Part shown: piece after piece, positions 26,130 to 37,579 of the stretch | How positions within the stretch are numbered: position 1 is the stretch's first letter | Layout: each line of letters starts with the position of its first letter | Assembly (NCBI RefSeq): GCF_006345805.1 | Contig: NC_042999.1 | Span: 45,384,001-45,448,000, forward strand | Direction: 5' to 3' | Length of the DNA stretch: 64,000 bases | Source of the DNA: Octopus sinensis | Lineage: Eukaryota | The notes under the pieces: generated by a model | What the model was told of the DNA's origin: nothing | Databases searched by the model: none | What the model saw: only the letters and a program-made list of their open reading frames with translations | Made by a program: the position numbers and the translations under genes

Positions 26130-26640
26130 CAAGTGCTTTCCAGAAGTTTTCAGACATTTTCAAGGGAGACATGATGATGAAGATGATGATAATGATGATG
26201 ATGATGATGATGAAGAACAAAACTCTTTCAATGCACAAGTTTTAGTGCTCCCACCGCTTTGTGAGAGCCCCATGGCAATCCTCCAAAATGAAGGTGTCCA
26301 ACACCCCTGTCATAGCTTTCTTCATCTTCTCAATGCCTTCAAAACAACTGCTCCTGAAGTTCCCCTTCAGCTTGGGAAAAGTTACAGGGAGCAAGGTCCG
26401 CACTGTAGGGTGGGTGAAGGACATATCTGTCAAGTAATGGGTTGCCAGAATTGAATTGTGGACTGGTCATTGTCCTCATGCCAGTGCTCTGGCCTTTTGT
26501 AACAAAATCTATTTCTGAATTCCTGCAAAAAACCTCCACAAAGAAGTCTTTGTTGACCATCAGTATAGACAGAACTTAGTTGATGTAGATGATGCTCTTG
26601 CTTCACCTGACCTCTTGTGCCAACAAAAAACAGGTTAGTC
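26130..26640 (-). mobile_element. Mariner 3' fragment
   Basis: VLHPPYSADLAPCNF and FPKLKG motifs. TIR TA-CAAGTGCTTTCCAGAAGTTTTCAGAC; same family as 62936. Confidence 0.85.
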
Positions 26641-26656
26641 CATTAGCAGTCTGGGT

Positions 26657-26836
26657 TATTTACTCTTTTACTTGTTTCAGTCATTTGACTGCGGCATTGC
26701 TGGAGCACCGCCTTTAGTCGATCAAATAGACCCCGGGACTTATTCTTTGTAAGCCCAGTACTTATTCTATCGGTCTCTTTTGCTGAACCGCTAAGTGACG
26801 GGGACGTAAACAACATATATATATATATATATAGAG

Positions 26837-26889
<53 letters not shown>

Positions 26890-27145
26890 TAGATGTATAT
26901 GAGACTGTGTGTGCATGTTTGAATGCATATACATTTATATATAAATTCTTTTTTACTATAGGCACAAGGCCCAAAATTTTGGGGGAGGGGGCCAGTTGAT
27001 TAGATCGACCCCAGTACACAACTGATACCTAATTTATCGATCCCGAAAAGATAAAAGACAAAGTCGACCTCAGTGGAATTTGAACTCAGAATATAAAAAC
27101 AGATGAGATATCACTAAGCATTTTGCCCGATGTGCTAACGTTTTA
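26657..27145 (-). mobile_element. SINE B 3' part, (GATA)n, then SINE A
   Basis: Family B at 26657-26812 and family A at 26945-27145. Confidence 0.8.
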
Positions 27146-27224
27146 ATTATCTTTTTTTTAGCTAAACAGTATGAAACTTCATATACTGACATAATTTCTC
27201 AGACAGAACTTTGAAAATACTCTT

Positions 27225-27733
27225 CACTCTTTTACTCTTTTACTTGTTTCAGTCATTTGACTGCAGCCATGCTGGAGCACCGCCTTTAGTAGAGCAAATC
27301 AACCCCAGGACTTATTCTTTGGAAGCATAGTACTTATTCTATTGGTCTGTTTTGCCGGATTTGGCAGATAGAAACTGAAAGAAGCCCATGCAATCATTGT
27401 CGCCTTACTGGTACTTGTGCCAGTGGCACGTGAAAAACATTTGCATGAGGTCATTGCCAGTGCCGCTGGACTGGCTCCTGTGCAGGTGGCACATAAAAAA
27501 CACCATTTGAGAGAGGCCTTTGCCAGTACTGCCTGACTGGCCCTCATGCCGGTGGCACATAAATGCACTCACTACACTCTAAGAGTGGTTGGCATTAGGA
27601 AGGGCATCCAGCTACAGAAACTCTGCCAGATCAGATTGGAGCCTGGTGCAGCCATCTGGTTTGCCAGTCCTCAGTATAATCGTCCAACCCATGCTAGCAT
27701 GGAAAGTGCTTGTTAAACGATGATGATGATGAT
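27225..27733. mobile_element. Truncated SINE B (-) abutting SINE C (+)
   Basis: Family B at 27225-27385 and family C at 27392-27733 with a GAT tail. Confidence 0.8.
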
Positions 27734-27971
27734 TATACATATGTGTCTGCATGTCTGTGTGTGTGTGTGTGCATTGATTGAAAGGATAATTATAGTCTTG
27801 GCTATTGTCTCCTCAGCACATCATACAGGTTTCTGACTGGTGTTGTATTCCAATAGTCAAAGGAAGACTGATAAGATTCCAATTAATACAAAGAGAAGCA
27901 CTTTGCAAAAACCAAAGCAAGATCCAATAGGCTTAACATAAGTCCCGCAGAGTGAAAAGTAATAATAATTT

Positions 27972-28324
27972 AAATGAGGAAGGAAGAAGTCAAATTGACA
28001 TTGTGATCGTTTCCGTGAATAAATGATTTCTTTTTATTTCATATCGCATCCAATGTTATGAATCACATTCTGTATATAGAAATATGTTATAGCAATTTTA
28101 CAGTTTGCTTGCTTCCTTAAACATCTTGATTTGAAAATACAATTGATAGGTCAATTGTATTTTCAAATCAAGATGTTTGAGGAAGTGAATGAGCTATAAA
28201 ACTATTATAGCATATTTTTATCTATAGAATGTATTATATCACATTGTATGTGATATGAAATGAAAGAAATCATTCGTTTACAGAAACTATTGTAATGACA
28301 ATTTGATTTCTCCTTTTCTCATTT
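27972..28324. repeat. Foldback (hairpin) element, arms about 175 bp, 4-nt loop
   Basis: Perfect 28-bp core at 28119-28146 and 28151-28178 around loop TAGG; imperfect complementarity continues to both ends. Confidence 0.9.
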
Positions 28325-28387
28325 GAATCATCATCATCATTGTTATAATTATTATTATTATTATTATTATTATTATCATTATTATTA

Positions 28388-28419
<32 letters not shown>

Positions 28420-28422
28420 GTT

Positions 28423-28721
28423 TAAGGTGGTGACTGGCAGAATGATTAGCTCAAAATGCTTAAAAGTATATCATTTGTCTTCATGTTCTGCGTTCAAATT
28501 CCGCCAAGGTTGACTTTGCCTTTCATCCTTTCGGGGTTGATAAATTAAATACCAGTTGTGTACTGGGGTTGCTGTAATCAACTTAACCCCTTCTCTCCAT
28601 ATTTCAGGCTTTGTGCCTATAGTAGAAAGGATTATAATAATCATCATCATCATCGTCATCATCATCTTCATCATCATCGTCGTTGTCGTCATTGTCGTCG
28701 TCATTATCATTATCATTATTA

Positions 28722-28759
<38 letters not shown>

Positions 28760-28760
28760 G
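28423..28760 (+). mobile_element. SINE family A with expanded CAT/CGT/TAT tail
   Basis: Head and body of family A, then trinucleotide repeats. Confidence 0.8.
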
Positions 28761-29269
28761 AATGAGAGAGCTATGCATGCCATCAAAGTGACACTGGGGT
28801 AAAATATTACCATCATAACTACCTGTCTGATAAGGGTACATCAGGGACATGCATCACAACCATATGTGCACGACATGGTGATCTCATATCAAGATAAACA
28901 GCACATGACCTTGCAGGTGGGGGCCCAGTTAGAATTTTCTTCTGGTCGAGTAACCTATCTCGCTCAAAAGGTCCTTGAATAAGGGTTGTTTAACGATGTT
29001 GAATGAAACACCCTTGTTTCCAGAGGTGAATGATTCAAACCCCAAAGAATCCCTCTCAACACATGGCTATGATGCTCCCCCACTACTTCTGCTTGTGATC
29101 AGAAGGGACATGGTCAACTAGTTAAGGTCAAACAGCTGACAAGCAAATCTGTGGTACTGATTTGCTGTAGCTCATCTTATATACCAAGACAAAACAATGT
29201 ACATGGTAACACTTCCAATCAGTTAAAATCAGGAACCCTGAGAGCCACTGTCTGGTACTGCATCAGGGC

Positions 29270-29307
<38 letters not shown>

Positions 29308-29327
29308 TTATTATCATTATTATTATT

Positions 29328-29625
29328 AAGGTGGTAAACTGGCAGAGTCATTAGCATACCAGGCAAAATACTTTGCTTGTCGTTACATTCTGACTTCAAA
29401 TTCTACCAAAATTTGTAGCAAAATTTGAAACCATTATTAAGTTGGTGAGCTGGCAGAATTATTAGTGTGCTGGACAAAATGCCTTGACCTGAGTTCAAAT
29501 TCCACTGAGGTTTACTTTGCCTTTCATCCTTTCAGGGATGATAAAATAAATACCACTTGAATACTGGGGTCAATGAAATCAACTTACCCCGCTCCACTGA
29601 AATTGTTGGTATTGTGCCAATACTT
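29328..29625 (+). mobile_element. Two tandem SINE family A units
   Basis: Heads at about 29328 and 29442. Confidence 0.75.
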
Positions 29626-30024
29626 GAATTTCCTTCTTTCTTCAAATTTTCTTCCGTTTCTCGCCGAGTGTTTTCCATACACCTAGGGCAGAGAAGCTCA
29701 TTGTATGCATTCCCAGATTACACACGCAAATTCACAGATAAAATATGTATTTAAAAATTAATAAATAAATAAATTCATGGATGGATGTTGTTTTCACAGT
29801 GATAGTGCTCTTCTCAGTACATGAACCTTTCCAGTTAATACGATTTTTTGCACTTCCTGTAGGGATGGTAAGCCTGGAATCATTTTCAAATAGGTTTCAG
29901 TACCTTTTTTTATCATTCCTAGAGATCCTACAATCACTGGTACTGTAGTCGCCTTGAGATGCCACATTTTTTCAATTTCTATTAGTAGGTCTTTATATTT
30001 ATTATTGTTATTATTTTATTATTA

Positions 30025-30071
<47 letters not shown>

Positions 30072-30350
30072 CTGCCAAGGTTGACTTTTCCTTTCATCTT
30101 TTCAGGGTTGATAAAACAAGTACCAGTTGCATACTAGGGTTGATGTAATTGACTTTCTTCTTCCTCCAAAAGTTTTCGCCTTGTGCAAAAATTTGAAACC
30201 ATTATTATTTGATATACATACATACATACAAACATACAAAAATTCCGTTGTTGATGTTGAAATTCCAATGAAGGAGCCTTGGATTTAGGTTAGAAACTGG
30301 TCCTTTCTCTGTTGGCAAGAAATCTTGAAATAAAAAACTGAACAATCATA

Positions 30351-30385
<35 letters not shown>

Positions 30386-30396
30386 CTGTATATAGA

Positions 30397-31624
30397 GGAG
30401 AAAATTCTATTATCAATAATAACAATGGGTAAAATTAATTAATTAAGAAGTAATCAATAATTTCACCGAGTAGAATTCGGCATGGGAGTCCCTTTTTAAA
30501 GTAGAAGAAATAGCTAACGGTTTTTGGCTGCTATTTCTAAACTTCAGTATGTGGTAAAGCAAATCTTTGCTGAACCCTAATTATTAAGTATTACTTGTGA
30601 GGGCGCGTGGCTTAGTGGTTAGGGCATTCGGCTCATGATCGTAAGGTTGTGAGTTCGATTCCCGGCGACGCGTTGTGTCCTTGAGCAAGACACTTTATTT
30701 CACATTGCTCCAGTCCACTCAGCTGGCAAAAATGAGTTGTACTTGTATTTCAAAGGGTCAGCCTTGTCACTCTCTGTGTCACGCTGATTATCCCCGAGAA
30801 CTACGTTAAGGGTACACGTGTCTGTGGAATGCTCAGCCATTTGCACGTTAATTTCACGAGCAAGCTGTTCCGTTGATCGTATCAGCTAGGACCCTCGTCG
30901 TCGTAACCGGCGGAGTCTTTAGAAGTATTACTTAAGTTTACCATGAAATGGTCCTTTTTTCATGCCGAATTCTACTTGGTGAAATTATTGATTACTTCTT
31001 AATTAATTAATTTTACCCTTTGTTATTATTGATAATAGAATTTTCTCCCTGATAACAAACTACAGATTTTTTTTCTGTAGTAGTTTATTTGACACACGAT
31101 GATGGGCAGGGGAAGGTAATTGAACCTCATTCATGTTTTGAATTTGGCAGTACTAACACTGAATATTATCTGTCTGATACCGTTAGGTGGAGAGATATGT
31201 TCAATTATTCCAGTACCTTCGAATTTAATATTTCAATATTCAATTATTGATGGGGTCCTATGCAGATGAGGAAAACGGTTGGTAAAGTATAATTCTATAT
31301 TCTTTATTCCAATCTATTTCCGAAATGCGCGTCCATAGGTGACCAGATATTGATTGATTTTCGTTACTTTTCCTCTCTGCCTGTGTGGATTGTTTTCAAG
31401 TATTTTGGTTTTTTCTGGGAGTCCCTTTTTAAAGTAGAAGAAATAGCAAACAGTTTTTGGCTGCTATTTCTAAACTTCGGTATGTGGTAAAGCAAATCTT
31501 TGCTGAACCCTAATTATTATGTATTACTTAAGTTTACCATGAAATGGTCCTTTTTTCATGCTGAATTCTACTTAGTGAAATTATTGATTACTTCTTAATT
31601 AATTAATTTTACCCTTTGTTATTA
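30397..31624. mobile_element. Penelope-like composite: inverted 88-bp arm, two direct repeats, 12-bp flanking duplication
   Basis: Arms 30397-30484 and 30961-31048 are reverse complements. 30485-31030 (without the SINE) recurs at 31417-31624. TCTGTATATAGA occurs at 30385-30396 and 31625-31636. Confidence 0.6.
30597..30922 (+). mobile_element. Young tRNA-derived CORE-type SINE (family D)
   Basis: A box TGGCTTAGTGG, B box GTTCGATTC, CORE-like TGTGTCCTTGAGCAAGACACTT, and an 11-bp TSD AAGTATTACTT at 30586-30596 and 30923-30933. Confidence 0.92.
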
Positions 31625-31642
31625 TCTGTATATAGATGTATA

Positions 31643-33135
31643 TAGGCACAGGCATGGCTGTGTGGTAAGAAGCATGCTTCCTAGGTGAGCTGGCAGAAAC
31701 GTTAGCACGCCGGGCGAAATGCTTAGCGGTATTTCGTCTGCCATTGCGTTCTGAGTTCAAATTCCGCTGGGGTCGACTTTGCCTTGTTTATCTCCTCTGC
31801 CTGTCCTTGTTTATCTCCTCTGTGTTTAGCCCCTTGTGGTTAGTAAACAAATAGGTATTTCGTCTGCCATTATGTTCTGAGTTCTGAGGTCGACTTTGCC
31901 TTTCATCCTTTCGGGGTCGATAAATTAAGTACCAGTTATGCACTGGGGTCGATATAATTGACTTAATCCGTCTGCCTGTCCTTGTTTATCTCCTCTGTGT
32001 TTAGCCCCTTGTGGTTAGTAAAGAAATAGGCATTTCGTCTGCCATTACGTTCTGAGTTCTGAGGTTGACTTTGCCTTTCATCCTTTCAGGGTCGATAAAT
32101 TAAGTACCAGTTACGCACTGGGGTCAATATAATTGACTTAATCCGTCTGTCTGTCCTTGTTTATCTCCTCTGTGTTTATCCCCTTGTGGGTAGTAAACAA
32201 ATAGGTATTTCGTCTGCCATTACGTTCTGAGTTCTGAGGTTGACTTTGCCTTTCATGCTTTCGGGGTCGATAAATTAAGTACCAGTTACGCACTGGGGTC
32301 GATATAATTGACTTAATCCGTCTGCCTGTCCTTGTTTATCTCCTCTGTGTTTAGCCCCTTGTGGGTAGTAAAGAAATAGGTATTTCGTCTGCCATTATGT
32401 TCTGAGTTCCGAGGTCGACTTTGCCTTTCATCCTTTCAGGGTCGATAAATTAAGTACCAGTTACGCACTGGGGTCAATATAATTGACTTAATCGTCTGCC
32501 TGTCCTTGTTTATCTCCTCTGTGTTTATCCCCTTGTGGGTAGTAGTAAACAAATAGGTATTTCGTCTGCCATTACGTTCTGAGTTCTGAGGTGACTTTGC
32601 CTTTATGCTTTCGGGGTCGATAAATTAAGTACCAGTTACGCACTGGGGTCGATATAATTGACTTAATCCGTCTGCCTGTCCTTGTTTATCTCCTCTGTGT
32701 TTAGCCCCTTGTGGGTAGTAAAGAAATAGGTATTTCGTCTGCCATTATGTTCTGAGTTCCGAGGTCGACTTTGCCTTTCATCCTTTCAGGGTCGATAAAT
32801 TAAGTACCACTTTCACACTGGGGTTGATGTAATCAACTTCATCCCTTTGGTTATCCTTGTTTGTCCCCTCAATGTTTAGCCCCTTGTAGGCAATAAAGAA
32901 ATAAGAAGCATGCTTCCTAACAACATAGCTCCAGGTTTAGTCCCACTGCATGGTACCTTTGGCAAGCATCTTCTACTATAGTCTTAGACCAACTAAAAAA
33001 ACCTTGGATTTGGTCGATGGAAATTCGAAGAAGCTCATTGTCTCTGTGTGTAACTTAGTAGCCTAGCAAAAAGAGACCAATAGAATAAGTAGCAGCCTTA
33101 AAAAAGTAAGAACTTGGGTTGGTTCATTCAACTAA
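31643..33135 (+). mobile_element. SINE family B split by a family A concatemer
   Basis: Head at 31643-31683 resumes at 32920. Confidence 0.85.
31684..32901 (+). repeat. SINE family A concatemer: one head and about 7 body units of about 175 bp
   Basis: Units start ATTTCGTCTGCCATT. An 18-bp TSD TAAGAAGCATGCTTCCTA lies at 31666-31683 and 32902-32919. Confidence 0.92.
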
Positions 33136-33221
33136 AAAATTCTTCAAGTCAGTGCTCCAGTATGGGCATAATCTAATGGCTGAAATGAGTAAAAAAAATA
33201 AAAATAAAAAATAAAATATAT

Positions 33222-33637
33222 TAGGTGCAGGAGTGGCTGTACGGTAAGTAGCTTGCTTATCAACCACATGGTTCTGGGTTCAGTCCCACTGCGTGGCACC
33301 TTGGGCAAGTGTCTTCTACTATAGCCTCGGGCTGACCAAAGCCTTGTGAGTGGATTTGGTAGACGGAAACTGAAAGAAGCCCTCGTATATATGTATATTT
33401 TTATGTATGTGTGTGTATATGTTTGTGTGTCTTTGTTTGTCCCCACCAGCCGACATTGCTTGATAACTGATGCTGGTGTGTTTACGTCCCTGTAACTTAG
33501 TGGTTCAGTAAAAGAGACTAATTGTATAAGTACTAGGCTTCCAAGGAATAAGTCCTGGGGTCGCTTTGCTCGACTAAAGGTGGTGCTCCAACATGGCCAC
33601 AGTCAAATGATTGAAAGAAGTAAAAGAGAGAAAAGAG
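33222..33637 (+). mobile_element. SINE family B
   Basis: Full family B structure. Confidence 0.9.
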
Positions 33638-33875
33638 AAAATATATATACGTATGTATGGTTATAAGAGGTAATGGTATCATTGAGACCGAAAGGTATCA
33701 GGTAATACTGAATAAGTGCAATAGACAGACCATAGTTAAGTTCCGGGTTCGATGATTTTGCGAATAAGGGGTTCGATGTTGGTCATATGTCAGCGTGTGT
33801 ATATATTAGAATTTTTTGCGTAATGAGATAAAAAACCAATGCTGTGTAGATATTAGAACATTTATAGATATAAGG

Positions 33876-33925
33876 TCTTACAGCTGTTTCCAGGATATTT
33901 ATTTATTATATCCCTTCATCGGAGA
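33876..33925 (-). ncRNA. Minimal type I hammerhead-ribozyme-like motif (Penelope-type)
   Basis: Minus strand TCT-CCGATGA-AGGGATA...TATCCTG-GAAA-C-AGCT-G-TA-AGA. U4 is replaced by C and the innermost helix II pair is mismatched. Confidence 0.55.
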
Positions 33926-34899
33926 TAGTGTGAGAGGATGGTTAAGTAATAATTAATTTAGATAGGATACAAAATAGAGAGTGAGGTCGAGGAAAGAAAA
34001 TAGATGTGAGATATGTAGGGATATTGAATTTGTAGATCCATTCGTTAGGCAGAATGGTATTTATGTAAGATTTCAACACCTTACGAGAAAAATCCAACTG
34101 TATTTAAAATAGTTCATTCCAAGTATAGAGTTTATACACAATGTAAGATTCCAATACCTTATGAGTAATATATGTATTTATGTATAGGTTGATGCATTTT
34201 TGTAGATGCATTTGTGTATATGTTGATATACCCTGATTACAAATAGCAGCAGGTTAGTGGTACTCCAATCTTTGGTAAAGACGTTACAGAAATCATATAG
34301 AGATGGCCAGGACTCCTTGAGTTTTCTTTCTTTAATTTCATCAGAAACCTAATCTTATATTTGGTGCCCTCCTGTCTATATTTTCACCTGTCCCTCCCTC
34401 TGGCATCAAATTTCATGTCCCTGTCGTTTTATTTTTCTTTCCTTTGTTATTTCCTGTTTCTTTCCTCCGTTTCCTTTCCTTTTCTAGTTTATCTCAGCAA
34501 TTGAGTTTTATTCCATTTTTAATCATTTATTCATTTTTATTATCTGTTTGCTTATTAACTTATATTACCCCTTACTTTTCCTTTAATATATTTTGCTATT
34601 TCCTCCTCATTCACTTCCTATCTGTCATTCTATCTATCTTTTTTTATCTATTGTTTTTCCCTCATTCCTTCTTTGTAATGTGTTGGGTTTTTTCTAAGAC
34701 TACTTGGAGCACAACAGTATAGAGATCAAATTTCTATACACCTTTATGTTTTTAAATATCAACTGATGAGGGTAGTAATAGTTAATGGCTTTCTTATATG
34801 ACTGCTTGAAATGCTGGTAGTAAATGCATTCAGAATTTCAAAATTTGGTTTCAGGATATATATATATGTGCATTTATGTGTGTTTGTGTGTGTGTGTGT

Positions 34900-35178
34900 G
34901 TGGCTCAGTGGTTAGGGCATTCAGCTGAAGATCATAAGTTCATGAGTTCAATACCCAGCAACATGTGGTGTCCTTGAGCAAGACACTTTATTTCACGTTG
35001 CTGCAGTCCACTCAGTTGGCAAAAATGTATTTGTATTTCAAAGGCCAGCCTTGCCACTCTCTGTGTCACATTGAATCTCCCTGAGAACTACGTCAAGGGT
35101 AAACATGTCTGTGGAGTACTCAGCCACATGCATGTTAATTTCATGAGCAGACTGTTCTGCTGATCAGATCAACTGGAA
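34900..35178 (+). mobile_element. SINE family D
   Basis: Diverged copy of the 30597 element. Confidence 0.85.
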
Positions 35179-35331
35179 CATATACTACATATAATACAAT
35201 ACCAAGGACTTTCTATTTCTTATTCGACTATATATACATATATCTTGGCACTCCGTCCCTTATGATGATGAGGGTTCGAGTTGATGTATGTATGTATGTA
35301 TGTATGTATACTTGTATGGATATGTATGTAT

Positions 35332-35830
35332 ACTCTTTACTCTTTTACTTGTTTCAGTCATTTGACTGCGGCCATGCTGGAGCACCGCCTTTAGTCAAGC
35401 AAATCAACCCCGGGACTTATTTTTTGTAAGCCCAGTACTTATTCTATCGGTCCCTTTGCTGAACCGCTAAGTGACGGAGACATAAACAGCATTGGTTGTC
35501 AAGTGATTTTGGGGGAACAAACACAGACACACAAACATATATAAGTGACGGGGACGTAAACACACCAGCATCGGTTGTCAAGCAATGCTAGGGGGACAAA
35601 CACAGACAAACAAACACATACACACACACACATATATATATATGTATATATACATACATATATATGACATGCTTCTTTCAGTTTCCGTCTACCAAATCCA
35701 CTCACAAGGCATTGGTTGGCCCGGGGCTATAACAGAAGACACTTACCCAAGATGCCACGCAGTGGAACTGAACCCCGGAACCATGTGGTTGGTTAGCAAG
35801 CTACTTACCACACAGTCACTCCTGCGCCTA
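35332..35830 (-). mobile_element. SINE family B with internal duplication of about 80 bp
   Basis: AAGTGACGG...CAAACACAGACA occurs twice (about 35470 and 35543). Confidence 0.9.
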
Positions 35831-36327
35831 TGCATGCACTGTTTGCAATTTATGTACAAAAACACCAATTTCAGCAGGAGGGGATTAGTCAGTTACATTG
35901 ACCCAGCATTGGAGTGGTACATTATTCTATCAAGCTCAAAAGGTTGAACAACAAAAGCTGACCTTGACAGGAATTGAACTCAGATGGTAAAGACACAGAA
36001 GTAATACTGCAAGACATGTTTCCTGATGCTCATACAATCCTTATAAAAGGAGAAGGGACAAAGAACAAAACATTCATCAGTCCTATAGACTCATAAAGAC
36101 CAGTTTTCCAGTTTTTGTGGTTTGTGTGTGTACATATATTTATATATATATATATATCTTTATGCATATAAGAAGGGATGACCACTAAGTGAACTTCCAA
36201 TATGCTAGAAATAGATCACCTACGATCTAACCACAAAGGGAAAGAATGTTCTCTAGAAAAATTCAGCAAACACTAGAACATAAGTGGGTAAGACAAATGA
36301 TAATATACAAAATAAAGAATTAATTGT

Positions 36328-36526
36328 AAAAATTTAATTAATGAGGGTGATAAATTGAATATTAATTTAATCAACATCAATTTAAAACCAGTGGCCTAGC
36401 ATAGGCATATACGCATGTAATACAATTTTTCTGAATTTTCAGATTTTTCTATATGCTAGGCCACTGGTTTTAAATTGATGTCGATTAAATTAATATTCAA
36501 TTTATCACCCTCATTATTTAAATTTT
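36328..36526. repeat. Inverted repeat, arms about 75 bp
   Basis: 36328-36403 pairs with 36452-36526. Confidence 0.9.
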
Positions 36527-36541
36527 ATATATATATATATA

Positions 36542-36815
36542 TACAAGATAAGAAAATGGAGAAATACATCTAAATCAAATATCAATTACCAGATAATACT
36601 CAATCACATACTTTATTAAACCACCACATAAGAGACTGTAGGGTTAAACATAAAAAAGCAGAACAAATCAGTGTACATAAAGGAATGTACATAAAAAAGT
36701 GTACATAAAAGAGTAATGTTGTATAATAAGTAGAATATATATAAAAAAGAGAATATAAATATAAGTAAATATAAATATAAGTATAGATTACATCTTACAG
36801 CTGTTTCGGCCATGT
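36542..36815. mobile_element. Partial copy of the 39806 foldback arm
   Basis: Near-identical to 39806-40075. It ends in the 3' half of a hammerhead with intact GGCCGAAACAGCTGTAAGAT on the minus strand. Confidence 0.85.
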
Positions 36816-36899
36816 ATATATATAATATATATATATATATAAATGTATATATAAATGTATATATATATATTATATATATATTTGTATATTGTGAGCGGA

Positions 36900-36940
<41 letters not shown>

Positions 36941-36944
36941 GTAT

Positions 36945-37125
36945 ACCTCCTGGATGGGACACCAGTCTAATACAGGATTTCCCATTTTTGCTTGCTGAGT
37001 GGACAGGAGCAACATGGAATGAAGTGTTTTACTCAAGAATAAAATGAGCCACCCAGTCCAGGATTTGAAACCATAACTTTACTATCATGAGTCCAACACC
37101 CTAACCACTAGGTCATATGCCTCCA
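36945..37125 (-). mobile_element. tRNA-derived CORE-type SINE fragment
   Basis: Reverse complement has TAGTGGTTAGGGTGTTGG, a B-box-like GGTTTCAAATCC and a CORE-like segment. Confidence 0.7.
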
Positions 37126-37579
37126 CACTGACCTTACAGAATATGTATATATATATATATCAATTCAAAGGGGACTTAGAGCATATATGAAGATGTGACA
37201 GAATAGAAATAACAGGATACCTAATAATGGGCAAAAAAGATCAAGAAATTAGTGGGACACAACATCAAAGAGGAAGGAATACTAGAAGATACAAAAGACC
37301 CAAAATGTAACTACACATAGATTGCTGGTGATTTTTTTCCCTCCTTCCTCCTATTATTTTGGACTTTCCTATGTCACCTGTTTCTGGAGAAGAGCTTTGC
37401 TTGAAATGTAAAACAACCACCCTTTTCTTTCCATCTCTGAGCATCTTAATACTTCATATGTACCACGTCCTTTTGTTGTTGTTTTTTCTCTTGGCTTTTT
37501 TTTGCCCTTTTTAAAATTAATTTTAAAGATACTAGCATTATGACCCATCGTTGCCGGGTCATAGTGCTAGTGCATGTAT

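Noticed and set aside
30600-30675. tRNA-like sequence with CAT at the anticodon position
   Set aside because: T and anticodon stems pair poorly, and the sequence runs into a CORE-type SINE body with a TSD. It is a SINE head, not a tRNA gene.
31684-32901. Regularly spaced repeats suggestive of a CRISPR array
   Set aside because: Whole units are repeated with no unique spacers, and the context is a eukaryotic SINE.
34763-34825. CTGATGA...GAAA motif
   Set aside because: Helix II is plausible but helix I cannot be paired; too degenerate to call.
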